From positions 1-64,000 of IMG/VR virus record IMGVR_UViG_3300023175_002299: a DNA stretch of 64,000 bases; one strand, given 5' to 3'. The stretch comes from an uncultured virus (IMG/VR IMGVR_UViG_3300023175_002299) (taxonomy: Duplodnaviria > Heunggongvirae > Uroviricota > Caudoviricetes). Below, piece by piece: positions 37,546 to 47,647 of the stretch. Each line of letters starts with the position of its first letter. Within the stretch, counting starts at the first letter, position 1. The translations under genes were made by a program, and so were the position numbers. The notes under the pieces are model-generated. The model was not told the DNA's origin. It did not search any database and was given only the letters and a program-made list of their open reading frames with translations.

Positions 37546-37579
37546 TTGACATTTGGGTTCTCTCTATGGTATATTTATA
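37546..37579. promoter_or_regulatory. Overlapping oppositely oriented promoters: sigma70 (+) and T4 late (-)
   Basis: + strand TTGACA(37546)-18 bp-TATATT(37570); - strand TATAAATA at 37579-37572. Confidence 0.65.
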
Positions 37580-37601
37580 ATAATTACTTTAATGGGAGAG
37601 A

Positions 37602-37928
37602 ATGAATATGACAGTTTTTCATACCAATACCAAACCCCGTAAAAAGAAGCCTCGTGGAAAAGGATGGCAGAACAAGGTGTATTATCAGAAAATGAAAAAA
37701 CCTGAGTTCACCGAGTATGTTGCTCCACAAACTTTTTACAGATCGGCTGATCATCGTGATAAATATCCTAGTGTAGATAGTTTTGGTTCTGCTGATGCAT
37801 GTTCAAAGAAAGAACCAATGAAATACACGGGTACACTAATTAAAGGCATTGCTACGATGCATAAATCTAATGCGGTGCCAGTTATTGATCAACAACAAGC
37901 GGAAGATATCTCCCGAATGAGAAGGTAA
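37602..37928 (+). CDS. Conserved T4-like hypothetical protein
   Basis: YTGTLIKGIATMHKSNAVPV...ISRMRR. Confidence 0.7.
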   Translation: MNMTVFHTNTKPRKKKPRGKGWQNKVYYQKMKKPEFTEYVAPQTFYRSADHRDKYPSVDSFGSADACSKKEPMKYTGTLIKGIATMHKSNAVPVIDQQQAEDISRMRR

Positions 37929-38638
37929 TGAAACCAACTCCAAACTCACTACTTGCTGGACAAGTAATTGCACAACTTTCAGTATTAGGAATGTTCTTTG
38001 CTACTCCGATGGAGTGGGCTATTACATTCTTTATGTATTGCGGTATCATGTTGGGTATCACAGTAGGATATCATAGGTATTGGTCTCACTATTGTTTTAC
38101 TGCTCCAAATTGGTTTGTTTATTTGATGACCTTTTTTGCTCACATCATGATGGTTGGGCCAGCACTAGCATGGGCAGCACAACACCGAGAACACCACAAG
38201 TTTGCTGATACAGAAAAAGACCCACACTCGCCTGAGTATCGTGGATTTATTCGTTGTTATTTTTCTCAGGTAAAATCTTTACCTAGAATGAAGTTTGTCA
38301 CTGATCTGTTGAGAAATGACTTTCTAAAAGCGCAACACCGATATTACTGGCATGTTATTGTTGTGTGGGCTGCAACACTCTTCCTAATTGATCCATTTGC
38401 AGTGATCTATGCATGGTTGGCCCCAGCAGGATTTGCTAAACTCATCGGATCAATTGTCTTTATACACTCTCACCGTGGAGGAAAACCCAGAAGCGATCAT
38501 TGGTTGGGTATTGCTACTCTTGGAGAAGGATATCACTCAAATCATCACAAACAACCGTGGGACTGGCAGTTTCACAAGTATGATGTGGGTGGCATGTTGA
38601 TAGGTTTGTTTGAGGACACTTTTAGGATTTCAAAATGA
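37928..38638 (+). CDS. Membrane fatty-acid desaturase (delta-9-like)
   Basis: His boxes HRYWSH, HREHH, GEGYHSNHH; DPHSP; TM segments. Confidence 0.9.
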   Translation: MKPTPNSLLAGQVIAQLSVLGMFFATPMEWAITFFMYCGIMLGITVGYHRYWSHYCFTAPNWFVYLMTFFAHIMMVGPALAWAAQHREHHKFADTEKDPHSPEYRGFIRCYFSQVKSLPRMKFVTDLLRNDFLKAQHRYYWHVIVVWAATLFLIDPFAVIYAWLAPAGFAKLIGSIVFIHSHRGGKPRSDHWLGIATLGEGYHSNHHKQPWDWQFHKYDVGGMLIGLFEDTFRISK

Positions 38639-39366
38639 ATTTAGTTAATCATGATTATATTGAATTTCCTTTTGTGGAATTTGATTTTTCCATCTGTGAA
38701 AGAATACCCTACAAACACCAACTGGAAACTCATCCACACATGCCAAAACATGTGTTGCAACACATTTGCAGCATGATTCCAGAAGATGAACTGAAAGAAA
38801 TTATTGATACCAGTTATTATTTTCTCACGGATACATATGGAGAAAAGTCTGTACAATCTCAATCGGACAAAAAAATATTGATTGAAGATTTCCCCTTTAA
38901 CGAGATACACGATAGAGCAAAATTAACTGTACAACACTATCTAGAGTCTGCACAAGGATCGTTTACTTTTTTGTTCGGAAATAATCAATACAGACCCCCA
39001 ACCGCAAAACTTTTTCAACACGCCCATGCGGTAAACTTTATTGAAGGTGTTGAAAATAGAAGAACGTTTACGGTCATCTATCCATTGAAACAAGATTTGC
39101 CAGTCACGGAAAAGTTTCATATATTTCATACCGACAACACTCCTTGGGTAGAGAACAAGGACTTATACCATATGTTAAGGTTACCATTTATAACTCCTGT
39201 CCCAGATGAAGGTGTTGTTAGTATAGACTTTCCAAAAAAAGGTGAAATGTTATTGTTAGAATTCAATTCTGTAAATGGTGTACATTGGATTGATGGATTG
39301 GATGAAAATAATTATATGTGTCACGTTTTCGATGCAGCTATTTTGAGAGAACCTTTCCATGCTTAA
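38635..39366 (+). CDS. Hypothetical protein, possibly 2OG-Fe(II)/cupin fold
   Basis: HAH...FTVIYPL...FNSVNGVHWI. Confidence 0.35.
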   Translation: MNLVNHDYIEFPFVEFDFSICERIPYKHQLETHPHMPKHVLQHICSMIPEDELKEIIDTSYYFLTDTYGEKSVQSQSDKKILIEDFPFNEIHDRAKLTVQHYLESAQGSFTFLFGNNQYRPPTAKLFQHAHAVNFIEGVENRRTFTVIYPLKQDLPVTEKFHIFHTDNTPWVENKDLYHMLRLPFITPVPDEGVVSIDFPKKGEMLLLEFNSVNGVHWIDGLDENNYMCHVFDAAILREPFHA

Positions 39367-40057
39367 GAAAAGACAGTTGCCTGCCTGTGCGCCAATTCCA
39401 AATATTAAGTTTGATATTGGGATGATGAAAGAAGAATTGTCTCGTATAGGAGACAAGTGGCAGAATATTTACGATGCAAACCCAGGCATAACCAAGTTGC
39501 ACGATCAGGGTTTCCTTGCACAGATTTACAGCACTCTTCATGAAATACCTCTGATGTCAATGTCTCCAGAAAATATGAAGAAGGCAGAAGAGTTTGAAAT
39601 TACTGATATTGGTAAATCAAAAATTGAGAGGGTGAGAAACAAATCCGCAAAGGGTGACAATTTACCACCAACTGCAAATGAAATGTTGTGGGACTATCCT
39701 TTGGAAGATTATACTGGGAGTTATTTTGAAAAGGCTATTACAGAAAATTTCAAAGCAGAAGTGTGTCGTGCTAGGATACACTTACTGGAGCCAGGCAAAG
39801 ATATCTCGCCCCATATTGACTATGATCCTTCTTATGGCGTTCGTGTCATTTGTCCCATATCAGGTACAGAAGGGACAACAAACTTTTTTTGGTATAATGG
39901 TGAGAAACAATCTTACAATCTCAAAGCGGATGGGTCAGTCTACTTCTTAAATACAGGATTTAGACATTCCGTGGAGAATCGTGGAACGGAGAATAGAGTT
40001 GCTTTGGTATGGACATTGAAATCCCAAGAAGACATCGAATGTCTGGCTTTGAAATAA
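39359..40057 (+). CDS. Aspartyl/asparaginyl beta-hydroxylase-like 2OG-Fe(II) oxygenase
   Basis: LEPGKDISPHIDYD...NTGFRHSVENRGTENRVALV. Confidence 0.75.
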   Translation: MLKKRQLPACAPIPNIKFDIGMMKEELSRIGDKWQNIYDANPGITKLHDQGFLAQIYSTLHEIPLMSMSPENMKKAEEFEITDIGKSKIERVRNKSAKGDNLPPTANEMLWDYPLEDYTGSYFEKAITENFKAEVCRARIHLLEPGKDISPHIDYDPSYGVRVICPISGTEGTTNFFWYNGEKQSYNLKADGSVYFLNTGFRHSVENRGTENRVALVWTLKSQEDIECLALK

Positions 40058-40626
40058 CCACATACGCCCCAGATAAAAAATCAGAAGTAGAAACTTTTAG
40101 AGAATTGTCCTTTGCAGAGGGCAACGATAGTTTAGCTTATGACAAGTATGATCCCGATAACATTGATGGGGAAACTTGGTTGGTTTATGTAGATGGTGAA
40201 CTTGCATGTATTAGTGTGGCAGAATCCAGTCATTACACCAGCGACCCAGAAATATCCGCAAGAATATGTAGACTTCACATTGCAAAGAAGTTTAGACCAG
40301 CATGGTTGGGTATACCAATTCTACCCTATCAGATAGAATGGGCTAGACAAAGGGGGTTTAAGGTGTTATACTTTACTCATGATATCAACAATCGTGCGAT
40401 AAATTTGATGTACCAACATAAAAGATTTGGTGCCGCAGTTACCCCGTTGCAAAAACAAATCAAGGATATGTGGCATAGTGATTGGTATAAAGCATTGAAA
40501 ACAGACGATAGATATTTCTTTCAAGTCGATTCAAATAGTGATCTACTGCAATACATCTATTATTGGACATTAGAAGATGGGTTTGTTTGGAATCCAGTTT
40601 CTAATGTTGTTAGGAGAACATCTTGA
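40009..40626 (+). CDS. GNAT-like acyltransferase
   Basis: ARICRLHIAKKFR...QIEWARQRGFKVLYFT...N. Confidence 0.5.
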   Translation: MDIEIPRRHRMSGFEITTYAPDKKSEVETFRELSFAEGNDSLAYDKYDPDNIDGETWLVYVDGELACISVAESSHYTSDPEISARICRLHIAKKFRPAWLGIPILPYQIEWARQRGFKVLYFTHDINNRAINLMYQHKRFGAAVTPLQKQIKDMWHSDWYKALKTDDRYFFQVDSNSDLLQYIYYWTLEDGFVWNPVSNVVRRTS

Positions 40627-41216
40627 TTTTTTCTATTGATACAATGTCTTCTTGGTTTAATTATATGAGAGAAAACCCAGACGACAGACGATTCCTAGAA
40701 TGTTTTTGGGATACCCAATTACAAAGCAAAGAAAGAGTAATTGAACTCTACCCAGAATTCTTGCACGGCCCATGTTATATCTTCGGTGGGTGGTATGGCG
40801 TCCTTGCAAAGATGATTGAAGATAACAGGTTTGTCTCTGATGTCAACTCTATTGATGTTGATGCAAAGTGTGAAGAAGTCGGCAACAAATATTTTTCTAG
40901 TCAGTTTGTTAATTTTATTACTGCCGACATGAAAAACTTTTCTTACGACAAAGACCCAGATGTTGTTATCAATACAAGTACGGAACACGTTGATCAAGAA
41001 ACTTTTGATTCTTGGTATAACAATATTCCAGACGGTACTTTTGTTATCATGCAAGGCAACAATTTAATCATACCAGAACACATAAGACCCTTTAATAATT
41101 TAGATGATTTTGTTATGCGAAACAAGTGTTCGGTGACACACGCAGAGGAAATGGAACTGCCGGGCCCAAACAATACAACATATAAAAGATTTACGGTGAC
41201 AGGTTACAAAGAATGA
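40623..41216 (+). CDS. SAM-dependent methyltransferase-like protein
   Basis: IFGGWYGVLA, SIDVD, VVINTSTEH. Confidence 0.6.
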   Translation: MIFSIDTMSSWFNYMRENPDDRRFLECFWDTQLQSKERVIELYPEFLHGPCYIFGGWYGVLAKMIEDNRFVSDVNSIDVDAKCEEVGNKYFSSQFVNFITADMKNFSYDKDPDVVINTSTEHVDQETFDSWYNNIPDGTFVIMQGNNLIIPEHIRPFNNLDDFVMRNKCSVTHAEEMELPGPNNTTYKRFTVTGYKE

Positions 41217-41959
41217 AAATTGCTATAGTTGGTTATGGTTTTGTTGGTAAATCAACGGAATTGCTTTTTAGTGAACATGAGTGTTTGATACACGATCCAG
41301 CTTTGGGTTATGAAATTAAATCTTGGTCTGATGTTCAATATACTTTTATTTGTGTTCCAACTCCTATTAATGATTTTACCAAAAAGGGTTTGTCAAAATC
41401 TGTAGTCAAGGATGCTATTAGGGAAGTTAGGAGTAAAACTAGCAAATCAAACCGTGGTGGTAAGATTGTTGTCAGAAGCACTCTAGGCCCAGATCAATTG
41501 GAAGATGATTGGATTTACATGCCGGAGTTTTTGAGAGAAAATCACTGGAAAGAGGATACAATGGATCATCGCAAATCGGTGATAATTGGTGCTAGTGATG
41601 AAGAAGATTTTTTTGCCCTTCAGTACGCTTTGCCATTCATGAAAACCGCTCATCGTGTCTCACCCAGAGAAGCTGCGATATATAAGATGAGTAGAAATTC
41701 TTTACTTGCAGCTAGAGTCATGTTTGCAAATCATGTTTATGATGTTTGTGAAAAAAATGGTGCCGATTACAATAATATAAAAAAATTGTATGTGGTTGAG
41801 AATGAATTTGGTTGGACACATTGGGATGTCCCCGGCCCAGATGGTAAACGTGGATTTGGGGGCAAGTGTCTACCAAAAGACACAAAACATTTTGCAAATT
41901 TGATTTCTGATAAAAACATGTTCACCCAAATTTTAGAAGACAATGAAAACTCCCGTTGA
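41213..41959 (+). CDS. UDP-glucose/GDP-mannose dehydrogenase family (short form)
   Basis: IVGYGFVG, FICVPTP, VVRST, PEFLRE, GFGGKCLPKD. Confidence 0.88.
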   Translation: MKIAIVGYGFVGKSTELLFSEHECLIHDPALGYEIKSWSDVQYTFICVPTPINDFTKKGLSKSVVKDAIREVRSKTSKSNRGGKIVVRSTLGPDQLEDDWIYMPEFLRENHWKEDTMDHRKSVIIGASDEEDFFALQYALPFMKTAHRVSPREAAIYKMSRNSLLAARVMFANHVYDVCEKNGADYNNIKKLYVVENEFGWTHWDVPGPDGKRGFGGKCLPKDTKHFANLISDKNMFTQILEDNENSR

Positions 41960-43250
41960 ATATTACAAAGAGTTGCAGGACAGGTACGATAAAGTCGGGC
42001 CTGGATTTTGTGTGCTCAAATGGCATCATTTGGAAATGCATCTCAGTTCTGCTCAAAGTCATTCTTGTTTCCATTGTCCACAAAGACACATAGATTTGGA
42101 AGAAGACTTCCACAACACAGAACAAAAGATGCGACAAAGAAAAACAATGCTGGAAGGTGGTCGCCCAGTGGAGTGTTTTTATTGTTGGAATGTTGAAGAC
42201 AGTGGTTCTATTAGTCCGAGGATTGCATTAACTCCAATATACACGGAGATGCAATCAGATATTATTGAGACTACTGCTAGGATGCAGTGGGACGAACCAG
42301 TATATCCAAAATACTTGGAGATGAGTTTTAGTAACAAGTGTCAGATGAAGTGCAGTTATTGTTCCACGCAGAACAGTTCTTCATTGCACGAAGAAATCAA
42401 AAAATTTGGCGAGTATCCTTTGATACACCCAGAAAACAATTCCCAGTATGTTTCTCATGGAAGAGAAAACTTGTGGCCAGAAAACAGTGAAATGTATGAC
42501 AAGTTTTGGAAGTGGATAAGAGAAGCAGTCATGCACTTACAAGTAATTAGGATTACTGGCGGCGAACCTTTGTTGAGCGAACATACATTCAAACTGGCAA
42601 AGTTTATTCGCAATCATCCCAACGGAGAAAATATTGCATTTCATGTCAACAGCAACCTATCTGTTTCTACGAGACGGGTTGATAGAATAATAAAAACCAT
42701 GTCCGAGATGAAGTCACCCAAGATTTATGCCAGTGTTGATACTTTGGGTGAACAGGCAGAATGGATTCGCCACGGACTGAATTGGAAAACATTTGAAATC
42801 AATCTGGTTCAAATTTTGAATGCTAGTATTCCAGTTGGATTAATGGTAACATTTAATCTCCTGAGTATTCCTAAGTTCAAAGAATTTCTTGGATATGTTT
42901 TGGAATTAAAAAGACTTGGCGATGTAAAACTTGATACTCCTTATATGACAAATCCCAAACATCTTTCTGCTTTAATACTTGACGACAATATGATGAATAT
43001 GTTGAAAGATGCTGAAAAATTCATGGAACAGAATACGGATGACGGCGACAATTTAAAATTTAATTCTGGTGAGTTGCAAAAATTTAAAACTGTTGTTAAA
43101 TGGGTAGAAAAAAATAGGTTTGTTGAAGAAGACCTAAATACTCATAGAAAAGATTTTAAACTTTTTGTCGATGAACACGATAAACGCAGAAATGTTAGTT
43201 GGCATGATGCGTTTCCAGAATTACAATATTTTTATGATGAGATATCATGA
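41943..43250 (+). CDS. Radical SAM protein 1 (N-terminal twitch/SPASM-like Cys cluster)
   Basis: CQMKCSYC; ITGGEP; FCVLKW...SCFHC...ECFYCW. Confidence 0.88.
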   Translation: MKTPVEYYKELQDRYDKVGPGFCVLKWHHLEMHLSSAQSHSCFHCPQRHIDLEEDFHNTEQKMRQRKTMLEGGRPVECFYCWNVEDSGSISPRIALTPIYTEMQSDIIETTARMQWDEPVYPKYLEMSFSNKCQMKCSYCSTQNSSSLHEEIKKFGEYPLIHPENNSQYVSHGRENLWPENSEMYDKFWKWIREAVMHLQVIRITGGEPLLSEHTFKLAKFIRNHPNGENIAFHVNSNLSVSTRRVDRIIKTMSEMKSPKIYASVDTLGEQAEWIRHGLNWKTFEINLVQILNASIPVGLMVTFNLLSIPKFKEFLGYVLELKRLGDVKLDTPYMTNPKHLSALILDDNMMNMLKDAEKFMEQNTDDGDNLKFNSGELQKFKTVVKWVEKNRFVEEDLNTHRKDFKLFVDEHDKRRNVSWHDAFPELQYFYDEIS

Positions 43251-44626
43251 CACAAACCAATGAACACTGGATTGAAGTACTAAAAGAAAAACGAATTAAG
43301 ATCAACGAGATTAGTCCGTCTTTTTGTTCTGCTAAGTGGTTGCAAACTACTTTGATGTTGCAGAACGGATACAATCATTCTTGTCACCATCCATCTCCAC
43401 ACAAAATCCCTGTTGCAGAGATTAAAATCAATCCTGCTGCTTTGCACAATAGCAATTATAAAAAACAGCAAAGAATAAAAATGATTAATGGAGAGAGGCC
43501 TCGTGAGTGTGACTATTGTTGGAGAATAGAAGATCAGGACAAGGATCATTTTTCTGATCGTCATTACAAGACTTCTGATTGGTGGGCTTGGGACAAGGTT
43601 GATGTCATTGCAACCAGTGATCCCACGGAAGATGTGTACCCGACTTACCTTGAGGTGTCTTTTAGTAACGCATGTAACTTTGCCTGCGCTTATTGTTCAC
43701 CAGAGATATCCTCAACGTGGATGAAAGACATTGAGTCTAATGGTGAGTATCCAGTGCAGTTTGGTTCTCACAATTTAGACTATTTGAGAGAGACAGAAAA
43801 GTTTCCTTACAAACACTCTGATCCCAATCCATATGTTGATGCTTTCTGGGATTGGTTTCCAGAAGCACTTCCGCATCTAAAAGTTTTCCGAATCACTGGT
43901 GGCGAACCCACCATGAGTAAAGATGTCTGGAAGGTGTTGGACTATATTTACGATAACGCCCAACCAGAACTGTCTATTGCAATCAATAGTAATTTGGGAA
44001 CTGATCCTCGACTCATACAGAAACTTATTGATTCTGTGAACAAGGTGAAGGACAAGGTAAAACAAATTGAAATTTACACAAGTTGTGAGGCAACGGGTAG
44101 ACAGGCAGAGTATGCCAGAGATGGGTTGGATTATGGATACTGGTATGCAAACGTACAACGAGTTTTGAATGAGACTGATGCCAATGTTGCAATCATGACA
44201 ACACTCAACATTCTCAGTCTGCCCACGTTTTGTAACTTCATCGAAGACATTATGAAACTCAGAGTGGAATTCAATAGAGACCTTGCACATAACAGAGTAC
44301 CCCTAAGTGTGAATTATCTTAGATTTCCCCCTCACTTGCAATGCACTTTACTTGATAAGATAACGAGAATATCTTATGCTAGTGATATTGAAAACTTGGC
44401 GGAGTCTTGGTTGAAGTATTACTCGCCAGATAAGTTTGCCAGAATTTATCTTGAAGAGTTTGACCAAATACAAAGATTCTGTGAGTATCTTAGAATTACC
44501 GAAGTCGCTGATAAACATAGAGGTGATTTTGTCAAGTACATAACCGAGTATGACAAGAGAAGACAGAAAGATTTTAGAAACACTTTTCCACAGTATGCAC
44601 ATTTGTTAGAGGATTGGGATGAGTAA
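43247..44626 (+). CDS. Radical SAM protein 2
   Basis: CNFACAYC; ITGGEP; FCSAKW...SCHHP...ECDYCW. Confidence 0.9.
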   Translation: MTQTNEHWIEVLKEKRIKINEISPSFCSAKWLQTTLMLQNGYNHSCHHPSPHKIPVAEIKINPAALHNSNYKKQQRIKMINGERPRECDYCWRIEDQDKDHFSDRHYKTSDWWAWDKVDVIATSDPTEDVYPTYLEVSFSNACNFACAYCSPEISSTWMKDIESNGEYPVQFGSHNLDYLRETEKFPYKHSDPNPYVDAFWDWFPEALPHLKVFRITGGEPTMSKDVWKVLDYIYDNAQPELSIAINSNLGTDPRLIQKLIDSVNKVKDKVKQIEIYTSCEATGRQAEYARDGLDYGYWYANVQRVLNETDANVAIMTTLNILSLPTFCNFIEDIMKLRVEFNRDLAHNRVPLSVNYLRFPPHLQCTLLDKITRISYASDIENLAESWLKYYSPDKFARIYLEEFDQIQRFCEYLRITEVADKHRGDFVKYITEYDKRRQKDFRNTFPQYAHLLEDWDE

Positions 44627-46112
44627 AGAATTTGACTTGATTAAGTATCGAAAAGATATTCTTGATACAAAATCTGAAAGTTTCTGTGGTGCTAAGTGGT
44701 ATAATGCTACAACTTGGCTAGGCAGTGGTACTACCGCTTCTTGTCATCACCCTCCAGCACATAAGATTCCATTAGAAGAGATTGCTGTAGACCCATCTGC
44801 TATTCATAACACTCGCCACAAGAAGGCGATGCGTAAGATGATGCAGAGAGGAGAACGACCACGAGAATGTGAGTACTGCTGGAAAGTGGAAGACATGGGC
44901 AAAGATGCCGTGTCTGATCGTGTGTTTAAATCTATCATCTATTCAAATGCAGACTTACAGAAAGCATATGAAATGGATCACAATGAAAGTGTTGATCTGA
45001 AAACATTTGAGATTGCATTTGACCGTACTTGTCAGTTGGCTTGTTCTTATTGCAATGCATCTTTCTCTACAACATGGGCAAAAGATATCACCAAGAAGGG
45101 TGCGTATCAGAACATGGTGTCGGATGGTGCAGCTGCGTTTCAACAAGACGGCGCATGGGCAGAACCATATGCAAAAGATGAAGACAATCCATACATTAAG
45201 GCTTTTTGGGATTGGTGGGAAGACGGATTATCTGACAGTCTAGAAGAGTTGCGTATTACTGGTGGTGAACCACTGATGTCTGACCAAGTGTGGAAGTTGT
45301 TCGACTGGTTCAATGATAATCCCAGCAAGATGCGTTTTGCTATTAACTCAAATCTCATGGCAAAAGATAGTTTGATTGACCGACTAATTGAACGAAGTCA
45401 AGGTGTCAATGACTTTCATTTGTATACTAGTTGTGAAGCGACTGGACTACAAGCGGATTACATTCGTGACGGACTGCACTACGATACATGGAAGAAAAAC
45501 ATGTACAAGATTATGGACAACTGTAATCTGAAGGGACTGAATATTATGATGACCATCAATAGTCTGTGCTTGTTTAGTATCACCGAGTTCCTTGATGATG
45601 TCTATGAGATGAAGTTACATACTGGCACAAAAGCACCTGTTGTTAGTGTGAACTTGTTACGTTTTCCAAGTTTTCAATCACCGCTCGCACTCCCAGATCA
45701 TATAAAAGACTATCTGCGGGAACAGTTGGAAGATTGGTATAACGCAGTCAAAGAGCAACCACTGTGGCACGATTTCGAGAAGGCAAGCATCGAAAGACTG
45801 ATTGACTATCTTGTTACAGTTGATGCACCACACAGACGCACCAGCGACAAGATGACTCTGTGGAGAGACTTTAAAACTTTCTTCAAACAGTATGATGAGA
45901 GACGAAATAAGTCACTCAATGTATTTCCAGAAATTCTTACTGACTGGGTTGATACTATTCCAGATACAGAGACGATTGCCGTAAAGTTGGTTGATGGTGA
46001 CAGTACAAGACAATATGACGATGACCCCGATCTGAAAAAGATTGCAGAGGAAGAGGGGTGGGTGTTGAAACCAGACAATAAAAACATAGACGATCCATTA
46101 GCAGAGTACTAA
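44619..46112 (+). CDS. Radical SAM protein 3
   Basis: CQLACSYC; ITGGEP; FCGAKW...SCHHP...ECEYCW. Confidence 0.9.
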   Translation: MSKEFDLIKYRKDILDTKSESFCGAKWYNATTWLGSGTTASCHHPPAHKIPLEEIAVDPSAIHNTRHKKAMRKMMQRGERPRECEYCWKVEDMGKDAVSDRVFKSIIYSNADLQKAYEMDHNESVDLKTFEIAFDRTCQLACSYCNASFSTTWAKDITKKGAYQNMVSDGAAAFQQDGAWAEPYAKDEDNPYIKAFWDWWEDGLSDSLEELRITGGEPLMSDQVWKLFDWFNDNPSKMRFAINSNLMAKDSLIDRLIERSQGVNDFHLYTSCEATGLQADYIRDGLHYDTWKKNMYKIMDNCNLKGLNIMMTINSLCLFSITEFLDDVYEMKLHTGTKAPVVSVNLLRFPSFQSPLALPDHIKDYLREQLEDWYNAVKEQPLWHDFEKASIERLIDYLVTVDAPHRRTSDKMTLWRDFKTFFKQYDERRNKSLNVFPEILTDWVDTIPDTETIAVKLVDGDSTRQYDDDPDLKKIAEEEGWVLKPDNKNIDDPLAEY

Positions 46113-46113
46113 A

Positions 46114-46656
46114 ATGATATTTCAAAAAATTAATTTCAACTATGATCTGAATAAGTTTTTAAATGGTGACTTCTCTCAACATTTTGGCAGTTGTATTTCT
46201 TATCAAAAAAGAGAACAGACGGACATTCATGAAACTATTGGAGATGGATTTCCAGAATCTTACCATGAAGACAATACAAGAATACAACAAATTTGGTGGA
46301 CGGAAGATGACATTGATTATAAGGAGATAGGAAGTCTTTTAAACATTGATGTGAAAACAATCAGTGCAATTCTTCAACCGCCTGGAAATGTTGTTACTTT
46401 ACACAGGGATACTTTTTTCAAATTTAAAAATCTCTATCCAGATGATAATAGACCAAAAGTCAGGGCAAATATATTCTTAGAAGACTGGCAAGTAGGACAT
46501 TTTCTTCAGTACAAACATGGGGATGACTGGGTTAGTTGTACTCATTGGAATGCTGGTGAGGGGTATTTGTGGGACAGCGAACCACTCCACCTAAGTTGCA
46601 ACGCTGGGTTGACAAACAAATATACTTTACAAGTCAGCGGATTTTATGATGTTTGA
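46114..46656 (+). CDS. 2OG-Fe(II) oxygenase-like protein
   Basis: QPPGNVVTLHRD...WDSEPLHLSCNAG...LQVSG. Confidence 0.65.
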   Translation: MIFQKINFNYDLNKFLNGDFSQHFGSCISYQKREQTDIHETIGDGFPESYHEDNTRIQQIWWTEDDIDYKEIGSLLNIDVKTISAILQPPGNVVTLHRDTFFKFKNLYPDDNRPKVRANIFLEDWQVGHFLQYKHGDDWVSCTHWNAGEGYLWDSEPLHLSCNAGLTNKYTLQVSGFYDV

Positions 46657-47647
46657 AGGTGAGGGTACTGCTGATCCAGCAGGATATTGTATGTTCATTG
46701 ACGGGGTTATGTACCCAATATACGGACAAACCCTAATCAATGGATATAAGTTGGCTACTGGAGAAGCTCGTGATAGTATTGTAAATATTTATATGCCACA
46801 AGAGATTGAAATAGCTTATAGAGACCCAAATGACAACGAGATAAAATTCCTAGATGTAAACAAAATGCCATGTAAAGTATTTTCTCTGATTGACGCCAGA
46901 GTATATTACTGGTGGTGGATGTATGTTTTTTGGTACTATATGTTACATCAAGGAAAAGACTACCAGATTTCTGAAGAGATTTTTTGGAAAGACATAGAAA
47001 AAAATTTAAATTCTGACCATGATATTTCATTTATTACTATGTGGGCTAGGAGAAGGCCCCACAGAGATGTTTTGTGGAAAAAAATATCTCCTATTATTAA
47101 TGAGTATTGTAAGTATCATGCTGGAGAAAAATTAAACGTTTATAAAATTGTTAAGTGGTATTCAGAGAGGGAATTGTGCCCAGAATTTTATCCGAGAGTT
47201 TTGATTGATTTTGTTACCGAAACAGATGAAAATGTAATTTTTTTAACAGAGAAAACTTTTAGGCCAATTGTATATGGAAAGATTCCTTTGATTTATGCAG
47301 CACCAAAAACTTACCAAAGGTTGTTTATGTGTGGATATACGCCACACCCAGAAATTGATTACTCTTTCGATAGGGTTATTGATAACGAAAAACGTGGTGA
47401 AATGATAATAGAACAACTTGATAATTTGATTAATACATATGAAGTTTCTGAATTATCGGATATTACTAGAGAAATAAGATTGAAAAATTTTGAATGGGCT
47501 TTCAATTTTGCAAAAACTGATACTGGGCCTCCTCCATTTCCGAAACACATCCCCAGACCATGGCCAACTATGATTGAATCGGTTTTTTTGATACATGAAA
47601 AATTTAAAGAAATGGAAATTCCAGAGGGTTTGATTCTTGAAAGATAA
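46646..47647 (+). CDS. Glycosyltransferase-like protein ('TEK' family)
   Basis: RRPHR...DFVTET...FLTEKTFRP...IDYSFD. Confidence 0.5.
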   Translation: MMFEGEGTADPAGYCMFIDGVMYPIYGQTLINGYKLATGEARDSIVNIYMPQEIEIAYRDPNDNEIKFLDVNKMPCKVFSLIDARVYYWWWMYVFWYYMLHQGKDYQISEEIFWKDIEKNLNSDHDISFITMWARRRPHRDVLWKKISPIINEYCKYHAGEKLNVYKIVKWYSERELCPEFYPRVLIDFVTETDENVIFLTEKTFRPIVYGKIPLIYAAPKTYQRLFMCGYTPHPEIDYSFDRVIDNEKRGEMIIEQLDNLINTYEVSELSDITREIRLKNFEWAFNFAKTDTGPPPFPKHIPRPWPTMIESVFLIHEKFKEMEIPEGLILER

